Below are positions 25,917 through 38,990 of a DNA stretch of 64,000 nucleotides, one piece after another. The notes under the pieces are model-generated. The model did not search any database and was not told the origin of the DNA. It was given only the letters and a program-made list of their open reading frames with translations. The stretch comes from Vicugna vicugna (Eukaryota), in contig MU063499.1 in the NCBI GenBank assembly GCA_013265495.1, positions 496,001 to 560,000 on the forward strand. The letters are read 5' to 3'. Position 1 is the stretch's first letter; each line of letters starts with the position of its first letter. Position numbers and translations under genes: made by a program.

Positions 25917-28900
25917 ATGGACGCTTACGCGGACTACATTTGGCCGCGGGCAACCTCGGAGCTTATACTCCTCCCGGTCACGGGTCTGGAATGCGTTGGG
26001 GAGCGGCTGTTGGCGGGTGAGCGTTGGCTTGAGGCGCGCGCCCTAGCGGAGGAGAAACCGAAGGCTTGCTTGGGGAAGGGGCTTGAGAACAAAGGGATGC
26101 TCGGAAGAGGACGGGCGGCGGGCGGGAGCCTGAGAGATGGCGGGACTGAGGCCCGGCCAGAGGAGCCCAGGAAACAAAGGGCTACAGAGGCCCTTCATAC
26201 ACTGCGGCTGACGCGGTGGGTGGGGCGGCGGAAAGGTGCGGGGAAATGCAGTCGGCGGGGCAAGGGGAGGGAGAGACGCCAGTGGCCGCTTCGATGATCT
26301 GGGCAGGGGCTTGGTCTCCCGCAAGAGAACGTGACGGGAGGTCGGTGATGAGCACCGCCCTCCCCCAGGTGGGCGGGTCCAGGGCCGGGAGCATGGCCTG
26401 TTGTGGGAGGGGACGGTGGTTGAGGCTCTTAACTGGAAGGCGGGGATGAAGAGCCTCTGACCAGCATGGGGTCGCGGGAAATGTGGGGTGAGACCACTGC
26501 TCGGGAAGGCGGAGGCTCAGGCCCCTCCCGAGATGTTTGGTGTCCAGGAATCCGATGTCTGTGCCCCTCCGAGGAGGGTCGGCTCCGGAAGCAACGGTCA
26601 GGGATCTGAGGTGGCAGAGCCCTGGAGAGCAGTTGAGTCCTGACTAGAAGCCACTAGGGACCGATGATGGTGCTGCTTAGTTTAAGGGTCCCGAGGCAGG
26701 GCATTGGCTGTCAAGTCTTCAGTGGGCTGCTCTCAATCCTAAGAGGGACAGATCTGTAGGGGTGGGGGATGGGGCGAGAGACGGCCTAGTTTTGATCTGC
26801 CGTGGGAGCTCTGGGAGCCCAGGGTTCTTACTGTGAGCTGCACCCCTAAGACTCCTGGAGGAAGGGGATAGCTAGGGAGAAACCCAAAGAACCGCAAGGG
26901 TGAACTAGAAGCTAGAAGAGAAGGGGTGAGTTCCTGGCAGAGAGTAAGCATGCCAAAGGTCTTGAGACTGAATTTGTCACTTTGTGGGAAACGGAATTCT
27001 TGTGCGGCTTCAGCAGGGGTGGGGATCTAGGAGAAGAGGCTGGAAAAATGAAGAGGCCTGACCATTTTAGGCCTAGATCTGCCTTTATCCCTAATGGCGG
27101 TGGGGAGGCCCCACTGAAAGGTTTTAAGCGGGGGAGTGGCTTGGGAAACAGGTTAGAAAGCTCTAAAGGGAATTCGCCTATTCCTGTGACTTCCAAAGTG
27201 ACTTTTATATTGATAGTTCTCAAATCCCACCCATGTAATCTGTACCTGTAATCTGAATTCCGAGCCCTGTTCTCTTGTGTGCGCCAGGCTTAAGTGCATA
27301 GGTGCCTACAAATTGAATTACCCCTGTGGGGGTGTTCCAGCTCATTAGGGGAACACCAGCCACTCAGGTGTCCCAAGCCTAAGAATTGACCTCACTCCCC
27401 CAAGCCAGTCTGGTTGATCTGTACTTAATACATGTGGCATCTGTCTATTTTTCTATGTTTATTGCCATCATTTGAGGCCATGGCACTGTCTCTGACCTCA
27501 GTAGCATTCTCTCTAGCCCATCCTTGAGCCCTTTGTTTCCTGTTCTACCCAAAGCTCTTGCGCACCTCAGGGCCATTACCCTCGCTATTTCCTCTACCAA
27601 GAAAGGCTCACCCCCTCTCCCTCCTGTCTGCTTTCCCTCTGGCTAACTACTGCTGATCCTTGATTCCTCAGCCTAAATGTCCTCAAGTTGGCCTCCCCTG
27701 ACAGTCACCCAGTCTGGTTAGATTAGACCAGGGTTTTTCAGTCTCAGCACTCTTGATATATTGGATCAGATTATTTTGTGTGGGACTGTCTGTACATTGT
27801 AAGATGTTTAGCAGCATCCCAGCCTCCATTCCTAGATGCCAACAGCGCACCTCCCAGTTGTGACAACTAAAACTGTCTTCAGACATTGCCAGATGTCTTT
27901 TGGGGGAAAAATTGTTGCAAACTACTGGAGTAGACTTTCCCATTTTATATTCTTAAAGCAACCTGTATAATTCTTTCCTGGAACTTAACCAAAATTATGT
28001 TTACTCGTGTGATATTGTTTAATGTCTGCCCAATCCAGGAGCAAGGTCTTATTCACTACTCCAGCATATAGTTCATTGTCTGGTTTATAATCAATGCTCA
28101 ATAAATGTTTATTGAATGTCAAAAGATTGAGATTGCCAGCTGGGAATAGCATGCGGGATTGCTGCTGTCATCTCAGGTTGAGGTGATGTCCTGAACCAAA
28201 GTCACTGTAGTGGGATTTGCACTCTTTAGAAAATGAAATGTGCAGAACTTGGAGACAGGATATGAGAAGTTAGAGGAATGGGCTTCCCGGTTTTGAGCTG
28301 GGGAGTGGGCAGAGGGTGGTAATGGTCACTGATCGGATGAGGAGCAGAGAGAACTGGAAGCTAGTAGAGTGGGAGGTGCCTGCAGGGCAGCCAAGTGGCA
28401 GCAGAGGGTCACAGGAGTGTGGGCTGCCTCTCCCTATTGATATGGAACATGCTCACATCTTCAGAGATACAGAGAAGCTCCTGGAAATCAGGAAGGGTTC
28501 TGCTGTGGCCCCAAGGTAGAAAGGCTGCCTTACTGGGACCACCTCTCCCCTGGGGGAGGGGGAGGAAGGCATGTAGAGGTAAAGGAGACCAAGGATTTGG
28601 GGACTAAAGCTGAGAGGGTTCCTGTCTGAAGCATGAGAAGTTAGGTGGGCTGAGGAGACTGAATGCGACTGACCAGGGGATCAGAAAGTCAGCACTGAAA
28701 GTACAGCTGAAGCGGAGACCAAGGATTTTCTAAGGTTCAGGCCTGCAGGATTGAGTGACGTAAGGCATTCACAGGCTACATACTAAGAATTTTCCCTGCT
28801 CCCTGTCTCTTCTTCATGGCTCATCAGTTGGGTGAGGGGTTCTGATGTGGCTCTTTGCCTCTGTCTAGGTGAGGGGCCAGATGTCCTGGTGTACACGTTG

Positions 28901-31900
28901 GATTTTGGTGGACATCTGCGGATGATGAAACGAGTGCAGAACCTGCTTGGCCACTATCTTATCCATGGGTTTCGGGTGCGACCAGAACCCAGCGGAGACC
29001 TTGACTCGGAAGCCATGGTGGCAGTATTTGGAAGCAAGGGACTCCGAATTGTAAAAATTAGCTGGGGGCAGGGCCGCTTCCGAGAGCTCTGGCGCTCTGG
29101 CCTGTGGAACATGTCTGACTGGATCTGGGATGCACGTTGGCTTGAGGGGAACATAGCCTTGGCACTGGGCCACAACTCAGTGGTGCTATACGACCCTGTG
29201 GTAGGGTGCATCCTGCAGGACGTGCCCTGCACGGACAGGTGCACCCTCTCCTCAGCCTGTCTGATTGGAGACACCTGGAAGGAGCTGACCATAGTGGCGG
29301 GTGCCGTTTCCAACCAGCTCCTGGTCTGGTACCCAGCAGCCGCTTTAATAGATAATAAGCCTGTAGCCCCCGACCGCCGGGTCAGTGGGCACGTGGGAGT
29401 CATCTTCAGCATGTCATACCTGGAAAGCAAGGGCTTGCTGGCCACGGCCTCAGAAGACCGAAGTGTTCGCCTCTGGAAGGTGGGTGACCTGCGAGTGCCT
29501 GGGGGTCGGGTGCAGAATATTGGGCACTGCTTTGGGCACAGCGCCCGTGTATGGCAGGTCAAGCTCCTAGAGAATTACCTTATCAGTGCAGGAGAAGACT
29601 GCGTCTGCTTGGTGTGGAGCCATGAAGGCGAAATCCTCCAGGCCTTTCGGGGCCACCAGGGCCGTGGGATCCGGTCCATAGCTGCCCATGAAAGGCAGGC
29701 CTGGGTGATCACTGGAGGGGACGACTCAGGCATCCGTCTGTGGCACCTGGTGGGGCGTGGGCACCCGGGTTCAGGGGTCTCGGCTCTCTGCTTTAAGTCC
29801 AGTAGCAGGCCAGGTGCCCTTAAGGCTGTGACGCTGGCTGGCTCATGGCGAGTACTGGCAGTGACAGATGCGGGGGCCCTGTACCTGTATGACCTCGAGG
29901 TCAAGTGCTGGGAGCAGCTGCTGGAGGACAAGCGCTTCCAGTCCTACTGCCTCCTGGAGGCAGCCCCTGGTCCTGAGGGCTTCGGACTGTGTGCCATGGC
30001 CAATGGGGAGGGTTGTGTCAAGGTTGTCCCCATCAACACTCCAACTGCAGCTGTGGACCTGACCCTGTTCCACGGGAAGGTGCACAGCCTGAGCTGGGCC
30101 CTGCGTGGCTACGAGGAGCTCCTTTTGCTGGCATCAGGCCCTGGTGGCGTGGTGGCTTGCCTAGAGATCTCTGCTGCACCCACCGGCAAGGCTATATTTG
30201 TCAAGGAACGTTGCAGGTACCTGCTACCTCCAAGTAAGCAGAGATGGCACACGTGCAGTGCCTTCTTGCCCCCGGGCGACTTCCTGGTGTGTGGGGACCG
30301 CAGGGGCTCCGTGTTGCTGTTCCCCTCCAGACCAGATCTGCTCAAGGATCTTGGGGTTGGAGGCAAGGCTGGGGCTGGTACTGGAGCACTTGGAGCAGGT
30401 AGTGGCAGTGATGGGTGTGAGAGCACCTTGGCTGAATGGGGCCCTGTGTCCACCCTCCCTTCTCTGCATGGGAAGCAGGGTGTGACTTCGGTGACCTGCT
30501 ATGGTGGCTACGTGTACACCACAGGGCGGGATGGTGCCTACTACCAGCTCTTTGTGCGAGGTGGCCAACTCCAGCCAGTCCTACGGCAGAAGTCCTGTCG
30601 AGGCATGAACTGGGTGGCTGGGGTCCGTATGGTGGCTGATGGAAGCATGGTCATCTTGGGTTTCCATGCCAATGAGTTTGTGGTGTGGAGCCCCCGCTCA
30701 CATGAGAAACTGCACATCATCAACTGTGGTGGAGGGCATCGCTCCTGGGCCTTCTCTGATACCGAGGCAGCTATGGCCTTTGCCTACCTCAAGGATGGAG
30801 ATGTCATGCTGTACCGGGCTCTGGGTGGGTGCACCCGGCCACATGTGATTCTACGAGAGAGCCTGCATGGCCGTGAGATCACTTGCGTAAAGCGTGTGGG
30901 CACCATCACCCTGGGGCCTGAATTTGGGGTGCCCAGCTTCATGCAGCCTGACCACCTGGAGCCCAGCTGTGAGGGGCCTGGCCTGATCGACATCGTGATC
31001 ACGAGCAGCGAGGACACTACTGTCTGTGTCTTGGCACTCCCCACAGTCACTGGCTCAGCCCATGCGCTTACAGCTGTCTGCAACCATATCTCCTCCGTGC
31101 GTGCAGTGGCTGTGTGGGGCACTAGCACCCCAGGTGGCCCTCAGGATCCTCGGCCAGGCCTGACTGCCCATGTGGTGTCTGCGGGGGGCCGGGCTGAGAT
31201 GCACTGCTTCAGCATCATGGTCACCCCAGACCCCAGCACCCCAAGCCGCCTTGCTTGCCATGTCATGCACCTGTCATCCCACCGGCTGGATGAGTACTGG
31301 GACCGGCAGCGCAATCGGCACCGGATGATCAAAGTGGACCCAGAGACCAGGTGAGGAACCCTGCCAGAGAGGAGCATGGGGTGGGAGCATGCAGGGCAAG
31401 CCCTGTGTAGCTGTGCCCAGGTGTCACCTGATGGCTATGTATTGTTCCTGCAGGTACATGTCCCTCGCCGTATGTGAGCTTGATCAGCCTGGCCTTGGTC
31501 CCCTTGTGGCTGCAGCCTGTAGTGATGGGGCAGTGAGGTGAGAATATAGGACCAAGGGGGCTGGGAGACAAAGGAGACCAAAGGATGTCCAGAATGGGCT
31601 GTGAGCTGGGCCCCCCCCCCCGCCCCCCCAGGCTCTTTCTCTTGCAGGACTCTGGGCGGCAGCTGCAGCTCCTGGCTGAAACCTTCCACCACAAGCGGTG
31701 TGTCCTCAAGGTCCACTCCTTCTCACATGAGGCACCCAATCAGCGGCGGTGAGAATGGCTGCATGGTAGTCCTTCATGGGTTGGGTGGGGGCTCCTTTTG
31801 CTTTCCACCCACCCTCCTCACTGACCCAGCTGCCCTTCCCTGGCTGCCAGGAGGCTGTTTCTGTGCAGTGCAGCCACGGACGGCAGCTTGGCCTTCTGGG

Positions 31901-32527
31901 ATCTCACCACTGTGCTGGACCATGGCTCCACTGCCCTGGAGTCTCCAACGGACCCTGGGCTTCCCTACCGTGAGTAGCTAGAATAAAGCTGTGGTTGTCC
32001 CCCCATGTCCCCGCTGCACTCACCCATGTGGCAGACTGGGCCCTGACTGCCATCTTCTTCCTCCAGGGCTGGGCACCCCCTGCCTGACCCTCCAGGCACA
32101 CAGCTGTGGTGTCAACAGCCTGCACACCTTGCCCACTCGTGAGGGTCATCTCGTGGCCAGTGGCAGTGAGGATGGCTCCCTCCATGTCTTTGTGCTCGCT
32201 GTGGAGATGCCAGAGCTGGAAGAGGCTGTGGGAGGTGCTGAGTTGGTGCCCCAGCTGCAAGTGCTAGAGGAATATTCTGTTCCCTGTGCACATGCTGCCC
32301 ACGTCACTGGCCTCAAGATTTTAAGCCCAAGCCTCATGGTCTCAGCCTCCATCGATCAACGGCTGACCTTCTGGCGCCTGGGGCATGGTGAGCCCACCTT
32401 CATGAACAGTACAGTGTATCACGTACCAGATGTGGCCGACATGGACTGCTGGCCCGTGAGTCCTGAGTTTGGCCACCGCTGTGCTCTTGGGGGCCAGGGT
32501 CTTGAGGTTTACAACTGGTATGACTGA
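25917..32527 (+). CDS. WDR6: WD repeat-containing protein 6 (Trm734 homologue, FTSJ1 partner), 6 exons, 1120 aa
   Basis: Exons 25917-26016 (MDAYADYIWPRATSELILLPVTGLEC), 28869-31350, 31454-31537, 31632-31748, 31851-31969 and 32067-32527 (…LEVYNWYD*) total 3363 nt. Multiple WD motifs (GH...SA..D..VRLW). Confidence 0.97.
27390..28120 (+). mobile_element. L2 fragment interrupted by MER20
   Basis: L2 terminal motif ATGCTCAATAAATGTTTATTGAATG near 28094-28118. Confidence 0.55.
27728..27917 (+). mobile_element. MER20-like hAT-Charlie DNA transposon
   Basis: CAGGGTTTTTCAGTCTCAGCACT...TGTAAGATGTTTAGCAGCATCCC...GTTGTGACAACTAAAACTGTCTTCAGACATTGCCAGATGTC. Orientation not certain. Confidence 0.75.
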
Positions 32528-32838
32528 GGTGTCCCGCGGTGGCCGGTGTGCTGGGCATGGGGCCTGCTCACAGACAGGATGGTGCAGGAGTGACTGTCTG
32601 TGCCCATGCCCAGTGTGCACTGAGGGGAGGAGGAGGCAGCCGCGGGTTCCTGACTTCAGAGCAGGACCTGGAGGTGAGTAGACTGCTGCTTGTGCAGACC
32701 AACGCTCCCCACAACAGAATAAAACTTTGTATCAAGCCAGTTTATTTTGGCTCCAGGTCTCTAATAAAATCTGGTGGGGGGTTTCTCTTTCAGTTGATGA
32801 CTTTGTGGACATTCCCAGTTATTGGGGCCTCTGTGGCC

Positions 32839-35742
32839 TTAGATGTGGCTCAGTGGAGGGAGACCCAGCATGGCCAGCCCAGTGTGGAGCACTTCACGCA
32901 CAGCCCGCAGAAGCTGCAGACGGGCAAACATTTGACCAAACAGGTGTGGTCGAGGCTCCTAAAGGAGAGAGGGGGCCTGCTGGTCTCATCCTTTACTTCC
33001 CCTGCACCGCCCCCCCCCCACAATGTACCTACCCCCTTTTGCTGTGTGCTTACCCCTAGGATGTGTACACGGTTGTAGTATGAGCTGAAATCCATGCTGA
33101 GCTGTACCAGGAACTTGCAAACCTAGAGACAGAGACGAGTCACTGGCCTGTCTCTGTGCCCCAGACCAGAATAAATAGTGTATGCAGTCTGTCTTGGTCC
33201 TCTCTGCCTCACCATCTCTGTGCGTGCTGTGATGTGGAGCCCCGGGGCTGTGCAGGCCAGGGCTGCTGTGTGGCTCAGCAGGTCTGGGAAGGGGAGGACG
33301 CTGTTGAAGAGCAGCAACCACTCACCCTGTGGGGGACAAGGGTGATGGGAGGGAAAGGCCCCAGCCTCCTGTATGTGCCAGCTCCCCAGGAAGGGCACTC
33401 ACCTCATCATGTAGTTGGGAGAAATCCAGACTGCTCACAGGTGGGAAAGTTGGGTACAGACCTTGTTCCATGCTGCACTCATAACCCTCAAAGAGTGTAG
33501 CGAGACGTGCACAATTATACATGACAAAGGTGCCACTTTTGGTACCCTTCGTGGAAATGTTGTCAGTCAGGGCCAGGAGAAGCTGAGGAATGAGGGGTGC
33601 AGTTGCAGGGAGAGAGGACAGCCACCACACACCCTGCCTCCCAGCCTTATCCCTGCTGGGCACTCAGGCTCACCTGACTCTGTGGAGCTGTGCTAAGCAT
33701 CTCAAACTTAATGGCTGCCACAGAGAGAACCATGAAGATTTCTGTCCAGGCTGGGTCTGAGAAAGTATGGATCAGTCAGTCTCCAGAGACAGGTGCAGAG
33801 GACCTGTCCCTACCCAAAGCACAGCCCGGTCTGCCAGGCGCACCTTGTGCCAGGTCCCTGCCATGCTTCAGTGCTGACGTCTTGCATACCTGGGCGTGCC
33901 GCAGCCTGCATTTTAAAAAAGAGTGAGAGGGAGGCCAGTGGGCAAAGCCTCACCCCCCTCCCTTCAACCACCTTGGCTCAGTGGCCTTCCTTCTGGCCTT
34001 ACTCACTCACTCGTAGTACTCAGGGGCTGTCACGGTGCCGGGTACACCAGCTACTTTCACTGGACCACAGACCAGGTGCTTCTGTCAGGAAGACAGCAGG
34101 GGCTCAGCCACTTGGCAATACCTGCCAGCAATACCTCAAGGAAGCTCAATCTGTTTCCTAGACCCCCCTCCCCCCCAGCTCCTTACCACCAGGCTTAGGG
34201 GCCTCCACCTCAAGCCTGGGCCTTCAGGAAACAGGCCAGCCTCCTCAACCTACTCTTCCACATTCTCTGGGTTATTCCTCCAGGCTGCACCTTCTCCTAG
34301 CACCTGCTGCACCTGCCCATTCCCCCAGGTCAAGTGTCACCTTCTAGACCCATCAGCTAACAGGCCCCCTGGTGGGTTTCCAGGGCCCTCTGAAGTGAGT
34401 GAGGGGAGCTCCACCATCACTAACCTGTCTGAGAGGAGCCTGGTCATCCAACTTCCGCCAAAGCAGGTCCAACTTTTGCTGCTGGAACTCCTCCTCACAG
34501 CTCACCACGTGGACAACCAGGTAACCCTCTGCACCAGTGTCTGGGGCCGCAGCCTAAATAGAGTAGGCCAGTCACTGCTGGGAACACAAAACACCTGGTT
34601 TGCAAAAGGCCAACAGCGTGGGGAGTAAGTCACTAACCATGCCTGGGGAGCCCTCCTCAAGCCGATGCTGCACAGCCTCTTGCAGCTCAGCCAGCACAGA
34701 CAGCAGATCCTCCGTCACTGCGAAGAGAACACACAGGGTTGGGACTAGTAGTGAGTGCAGGGCCCACCTAATTCCTGGGTCTGCTAGGGTCTGGGTCTTA
34801 CCCAGACAGCTGTCCAGGTTGGGGTCATAGCCAGCTGTGTGTCCCCATTCATCTACCAGCTCCTTCAGGCGCACACTGCCCACGGCTCCAGGGAGCAGAG
34901 CTCCCGAGTCACCAGCAGAGGTGAGCTTCGCATGCGCGCGGCTCCTCAGGGCTTCAGTCGCGGTTCTCTCTGAGGCCACAGGCCAGTCCACCCGCAACTG
35001 CTGCAGGAAGGTCGGCATGTGCGGATCCCGCACAGCAGGCACTTGGCGCACACTCACTCTGCGAAGCGAGGTGGCCGTCTCAGCTCGAGCCCCGGGCCCA
35101 GCTCTCCCCGACTTCCCACCCACTGCGGCCCGCCCCCGCCCGCGAGGCTCTGTAGCACCGGCGGCGTGCCTTCTCCTTTATGGCCCGCGTCCCCGCTTAC
35201 CCATGAGCGCGCAGAGCTCGCGCCAGGTGATCGGCAACAAGCACGGCACGCAGCTGGCTAAGGCGGAGGACGCCAGGGCCGCCACGTAGCGCTGGGCAGT
35301 GCAGGACGACGCGCCGGCCTGGTGCAGCGATCGCGGCAGGGGCCGCATAGGCGGCTACGGCGCCGAGGACGCGCTCGAAGACGGCGGACCGCTGCAGCTG
35401 GAGAGCCAACCCCGTGGGAGTCGGCACGCAGCGCAGCACCGGGGCCACACCGGGACCCTGCAAGCAGGCGATGGCGTGAACCACGCGCTCGGGGACCTGC
35501 GGGAAGACAAGGTAGTGAGCGGGTCGCGGCGCCCCCAGCTACTCTGGGCCGCACGTCCCCCATCGGCCCGCGCCTACCTGCCCGTCACCGAAGCGTGCTC
35601 GTAGCGCGCGCCGCGGCGCAAAGAAGTCTCGGACACGCAAGTGACGGGCGCGCGTCTCCTTGAACCACACGGGGCCGCCTGGACCCAGTGCCGCGTTGAG
35701 GGCTTCCAGCGTCTCCTCGACCCCAAGGCGCCCCATCGCCAT
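32839..35742 (-). CDS. DALRD3: DALR anticodon-binding domain-containing protein 3, 12 exons, 541 aa
   Basis: Exons 35742-35578, 35496-35201, 35058-34802, 34717-34638, 34553-34425, 34081-34011, 33905-33844, 33756-33674, 33582-33403, 33326-33213, 33122-33054 and 32958-32839 total 1626 nt. DALR motifs [12 protein letters not shown] and [12 protein letters not shown]. Confidence 0.95.
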
Positions 35743-35744
35743 AG

Positions 35745-35850
35745 CGACCGGAAGGAGCAAGCGGAACCGGAACCAAGACGTCGATGTTGAACTTCCGGGA
35801 GGAGCGCTGGTTGGGGCGGGGACTTGGCTGCGGTTCCGGAGTGGACAGGT
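35745..35850 (-). promoter_or_regulatory. DALRD3 proximal CpG promoter with ETS/GABP-type motifs
   Basis: CCGGAAG at 35748-35754, ACTTCCGG at 35791-35798 and further CGGAA cores in CpG-rich sequence next to the ATG. Confidence 0.5.
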
Positions 35851-36741
35851 GCGCCAGAAGGAGCCGTGGCGACCACGTTCGACCTACTGCCCCAGCTCTC
35901 CCTCCACGTAGCCCACTAGCCTGGCCCGGCTCCAGGTCCGAAATCTAGAAGTCCGCTCCAGGCCTCGGGTTCTCTCGGCGTCACCCGTATTCGCAACCGG
36001 GGACAGAATCCACGCGACTCGGTGGGGACTCAAGGCTTTTCTCTATCTAAGTCTTACAGCTATGTATTTGTGGTAACGTTTCATTTCTCCCATCTTACAC
36101 ATGATAAAAACGCCAAAAGTTCCAAATGAATTATTACTGAAATAGGGTAGCAAACATTAAAGCCATTTTGACGACCTACTGAAAAAATAAATTTTTAAAA
36201 GAATTTGTGTTCTGCGGTCTCAGGTTATTTCCTTTGAGATACGCGTTGTCTTTATTCCCAATAAATGCCCGCTGGTAGAACTGCCAGTTTTCTCCTCTTG
36301 AATCTGGTGGAATTAGAACTATCATGATGGTTTCCAGAATTCTTTTAATGCTACTCTCACCTGGTGTACGTTAACAGAGATTCTCCCACTTCCTGGTTTA
36401 GGCAACAAGCTTTTGTGGGTCAACTACACAATGTGACCATGAGAGGGACCAGTTTAAGAACAGCTCTCAGAGCATCCCACTCCTCTACCAGCGAGAAAGC
36501 TGTTTCTGCTGTCCCACGGGGGCTCCTGAATGTTTTCACTTAGGTATAACTTAAATCCCCCTTTTCTCTCTTGTCTTTAACGAAGACTGAACCTGATGCA
36601 GCTGAGCACTGGAAAACCCGTGATCTCTGCCCTGGAGCAGTTGTGTGCCCAGAGCTCACAAAGGAGAGGATCCGAGGGATAGGAAAACCTTGGCAAGGCC
36701 CCCTTCTGAGCCAGGGATGCAAGGCCCTATTGGGAGGCGCC

Positions 36742-36828
36742 GAAAGAGCACTGGGCGGACACGACATTCCCGATGGCTTCTTGGGTGCCCACTCAACGGG
36801 AGTGATCGTGTCATTCCAAAGCGCTTTC
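36742..36828 (-). ncRNA. MIR425: pre-miR-425 hairpin (mature 5p at 36815-36793)
   Basis: Minus strand GAAAGCGCTTTGGAATGACACGATCACTCCCGTTGAGTGGG...ATCGGGAATGTCGTGTCCGCCCAGTGCTCTTTC matches the miR-425 precursor as I recall it. Confidence 0.96.
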
Positions 36829-37177
36829 CATGCCGCAGGCACACGACCCGGAGATAGCTGCTAGTCTCGGTGTATGAAGACGGTTGGGGGTGGTTTTACC
36901 CCAGGAAGTGAAGGGCTATCTTTAGCGAGCTGCGGGCTGGGGAGGCCCTGTGGGACTCAGCGCCATTGCCGCCCTATCCGGAGGCCCTGGGTCGTCCCTC
37001 CCTCGCCAGTGTTACCTCGGGCTCCAGAGATGACAGCCGCTCAGGCTCTTCGACGTTTACGCCCGTCGCTTGCAGTCTGAGGGCGTACCTGAAGGAGGGA
37101 CGGAGACCAGAGCGACCCAATAAATGATGTCTGGGGGTCAGGGGATAGCCCACCCCACCTGGGCCAGGACGCTGCTC

Positions 37178-37269
37178 AGGCAGGAGAGCAGGGAACGAAA
37201 TCCAAGCGCAGCTGGAATGCTCTGGAGACAACAGCTGCTTTTGGGATTCCGTTGCCCGCTGTCCAGCCG
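37178..37269 (-). ncRNA. MIR191: pre-miR-191 hairpin (mature 5p at 37254-37232)
   Basis: Minus strand contains CAACGGAATCCCAAAAGCAGCTG and the complementary arm GCTGCGCTTGGATTTCGTTCCC. Confidence 0.97.
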
Positions 37270-37499
37270 TGGGGGGGTGGGGGAGCAGGGGATCCCTCGC
37301 CCCGGGGCCAGATCAAAATCCCCTCATTCCTAGTCCCAGGAGGCGGCCCCAGGAGTAGGCGGTAAAATCTAGTCTAGTGGGAGAGCCGCTCACCTGGGCC
37401 CCCAAACAACAGGCATGGTGGGGGCCTCCCCTGGGAACAGATCCCGGTCTGCATTAGATCCACGGGGTAGGATTAGTCCTGTTGGTTCTATGCAGTCAG

Positions 37500-38990
37500 G
37501 GCCACTGCGGTGACGGTGGCCGGGCGGGCTTTGAGATCAGCCAAGAGGGAAACGTGCCCATGGGGCCCGAGAGGAAGTAAACCCGCCTTGGGGACACCCC
37601 CGCACCCGGGGCCCTTTGTCCGGTGACGGTGCCAGCACCCGGAGTGCTAGGGGCCCCAATGGGCCACCAGGCGGCGACGGGACCCCCCGGAAATCCACTG
37701 CGACCGTCCTCAGTTGTGTCGAGCCTCCCGCCCGCCGGGCCCCGAGGGTAGCAGACGCGGCAACGTTCTTCTGAGGGTACCACACAGTGGGCGCGCGGAG
37801 TTGCCGAAACCGGCGCGGGCGCCAGCGACTCTCGAGGCAGAAGGCCTTCTGATTCGGCTCAAGACGGCGGGCGGGAGATTCTCGGGACGCAAGCGAGGTG
37901 AGCGAGGGCGGGGCGATGCTCCAGGCGCTGTCTAGTTGAATGTCTGGTCCGGTTTGGCCCGCTGGGTCCCAACAGACCAAGTACCACTAATCTTCCACAG
38001 CGTCCGCTTCCGTTTGCTCTGTCCGCAGAGTTGGAGCCATTTTAGGGCAAAACCACCCAACCACGCCTCCTCACGCTCCGGAGAAGCCAATCCATGCGCA
38101 GCCACGCCCCTTGCGACGCGCGGCGGCGACGCCAACGGTCGCGCGGGTGACGGTTAGGGAGGGGCGCGACTCGGGGGCGAGAGGGGGACATCAGAGACGC
38201 TCGCCCCGCCCTCGAAATCCGACGCCCCAAAGCTGGGATTTAGAGGCTCGGAGGCTGGCACCACGCCCTGGCCAGATGTGCGGGACTCGAACAGGTGCTC
38301 GGCCGCCTCGTCCAAGACCCCGGGAGCCCGGCGTGACGGCTGAGCGCCGCGGGTCAGACCGCGGTTGGGCCACCTGGTTTCCGGGTCCCCAAGGACGGCC
38401 TTCGGGGGCCCGGGGCGGGGCGGACGGCAGGTGCAGACATCGGAGCCGCGCCCTCCTGAAACCAAGGGTCCTGGCTGGCTCTCCTCTCTCCCGCGCTGGG
38501 CCGGCTGAGCTGCGCGGTGCCCTCCGCCACGCTGGGGGCGCTGTAGCCGCGCTGGGCTGGGCTCCGCCACGGCCCCGCTGACCCCTCGCCATTCTCTCAG
38601 CGCGCCGGTCCGCCATGGCCGCCCCGTTCGTCCTTCGAAACCTGTGCGGCGCGCGACCTGCCCTTCGCTGGCCGTCCGCGCAGCTGCCATGGTGAGTCCA
38701 GACGGAGCATCCCAGACCACCCGCCCCAACGGTCGACGACTCCCCACCCCCTGGAGTCTGACCATACCTCTCCGCAGGGTCCCACGGCGTGGGCACCGGC
38801 TCACACCAGCGGATGACGAGCTGTATCAGCGGACGCGCATCTCTCTGCTGCAGCGCGAGTCCCCGCACGCCATGTACATCGACAGCTACAACAGCCGCGG
38901 CTTCACGGTCAACGGAAATCGTGTGTTTGGGCCCTGCGCGCTGCTCCCGCAGTCTGTGGTGCAGTGGAACGTGAGCCCTTCCCTGAAATG
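37500..38990. promoter_or_regulatory. CpG island; probable bidirectional promoter for NDUFAF3 and the DALRD3/miR-191-425 host transcript
   Basis: High CpG density between divergently oriented genes; arrangement as known in human. Confidence 0.7.

Noticed and set aside
28832-28868. ORF-track start of the 840-aa WDR6 ORF
   Set aside because: It lies in the intron; the exon starts at the acceptor at 28869.
28865-31739. Many 60-200 aa antisense or alternative-frame ORFs within WDR6 exon 2
   Set aside because: Expected by-products of a long GC-rich coding exon.
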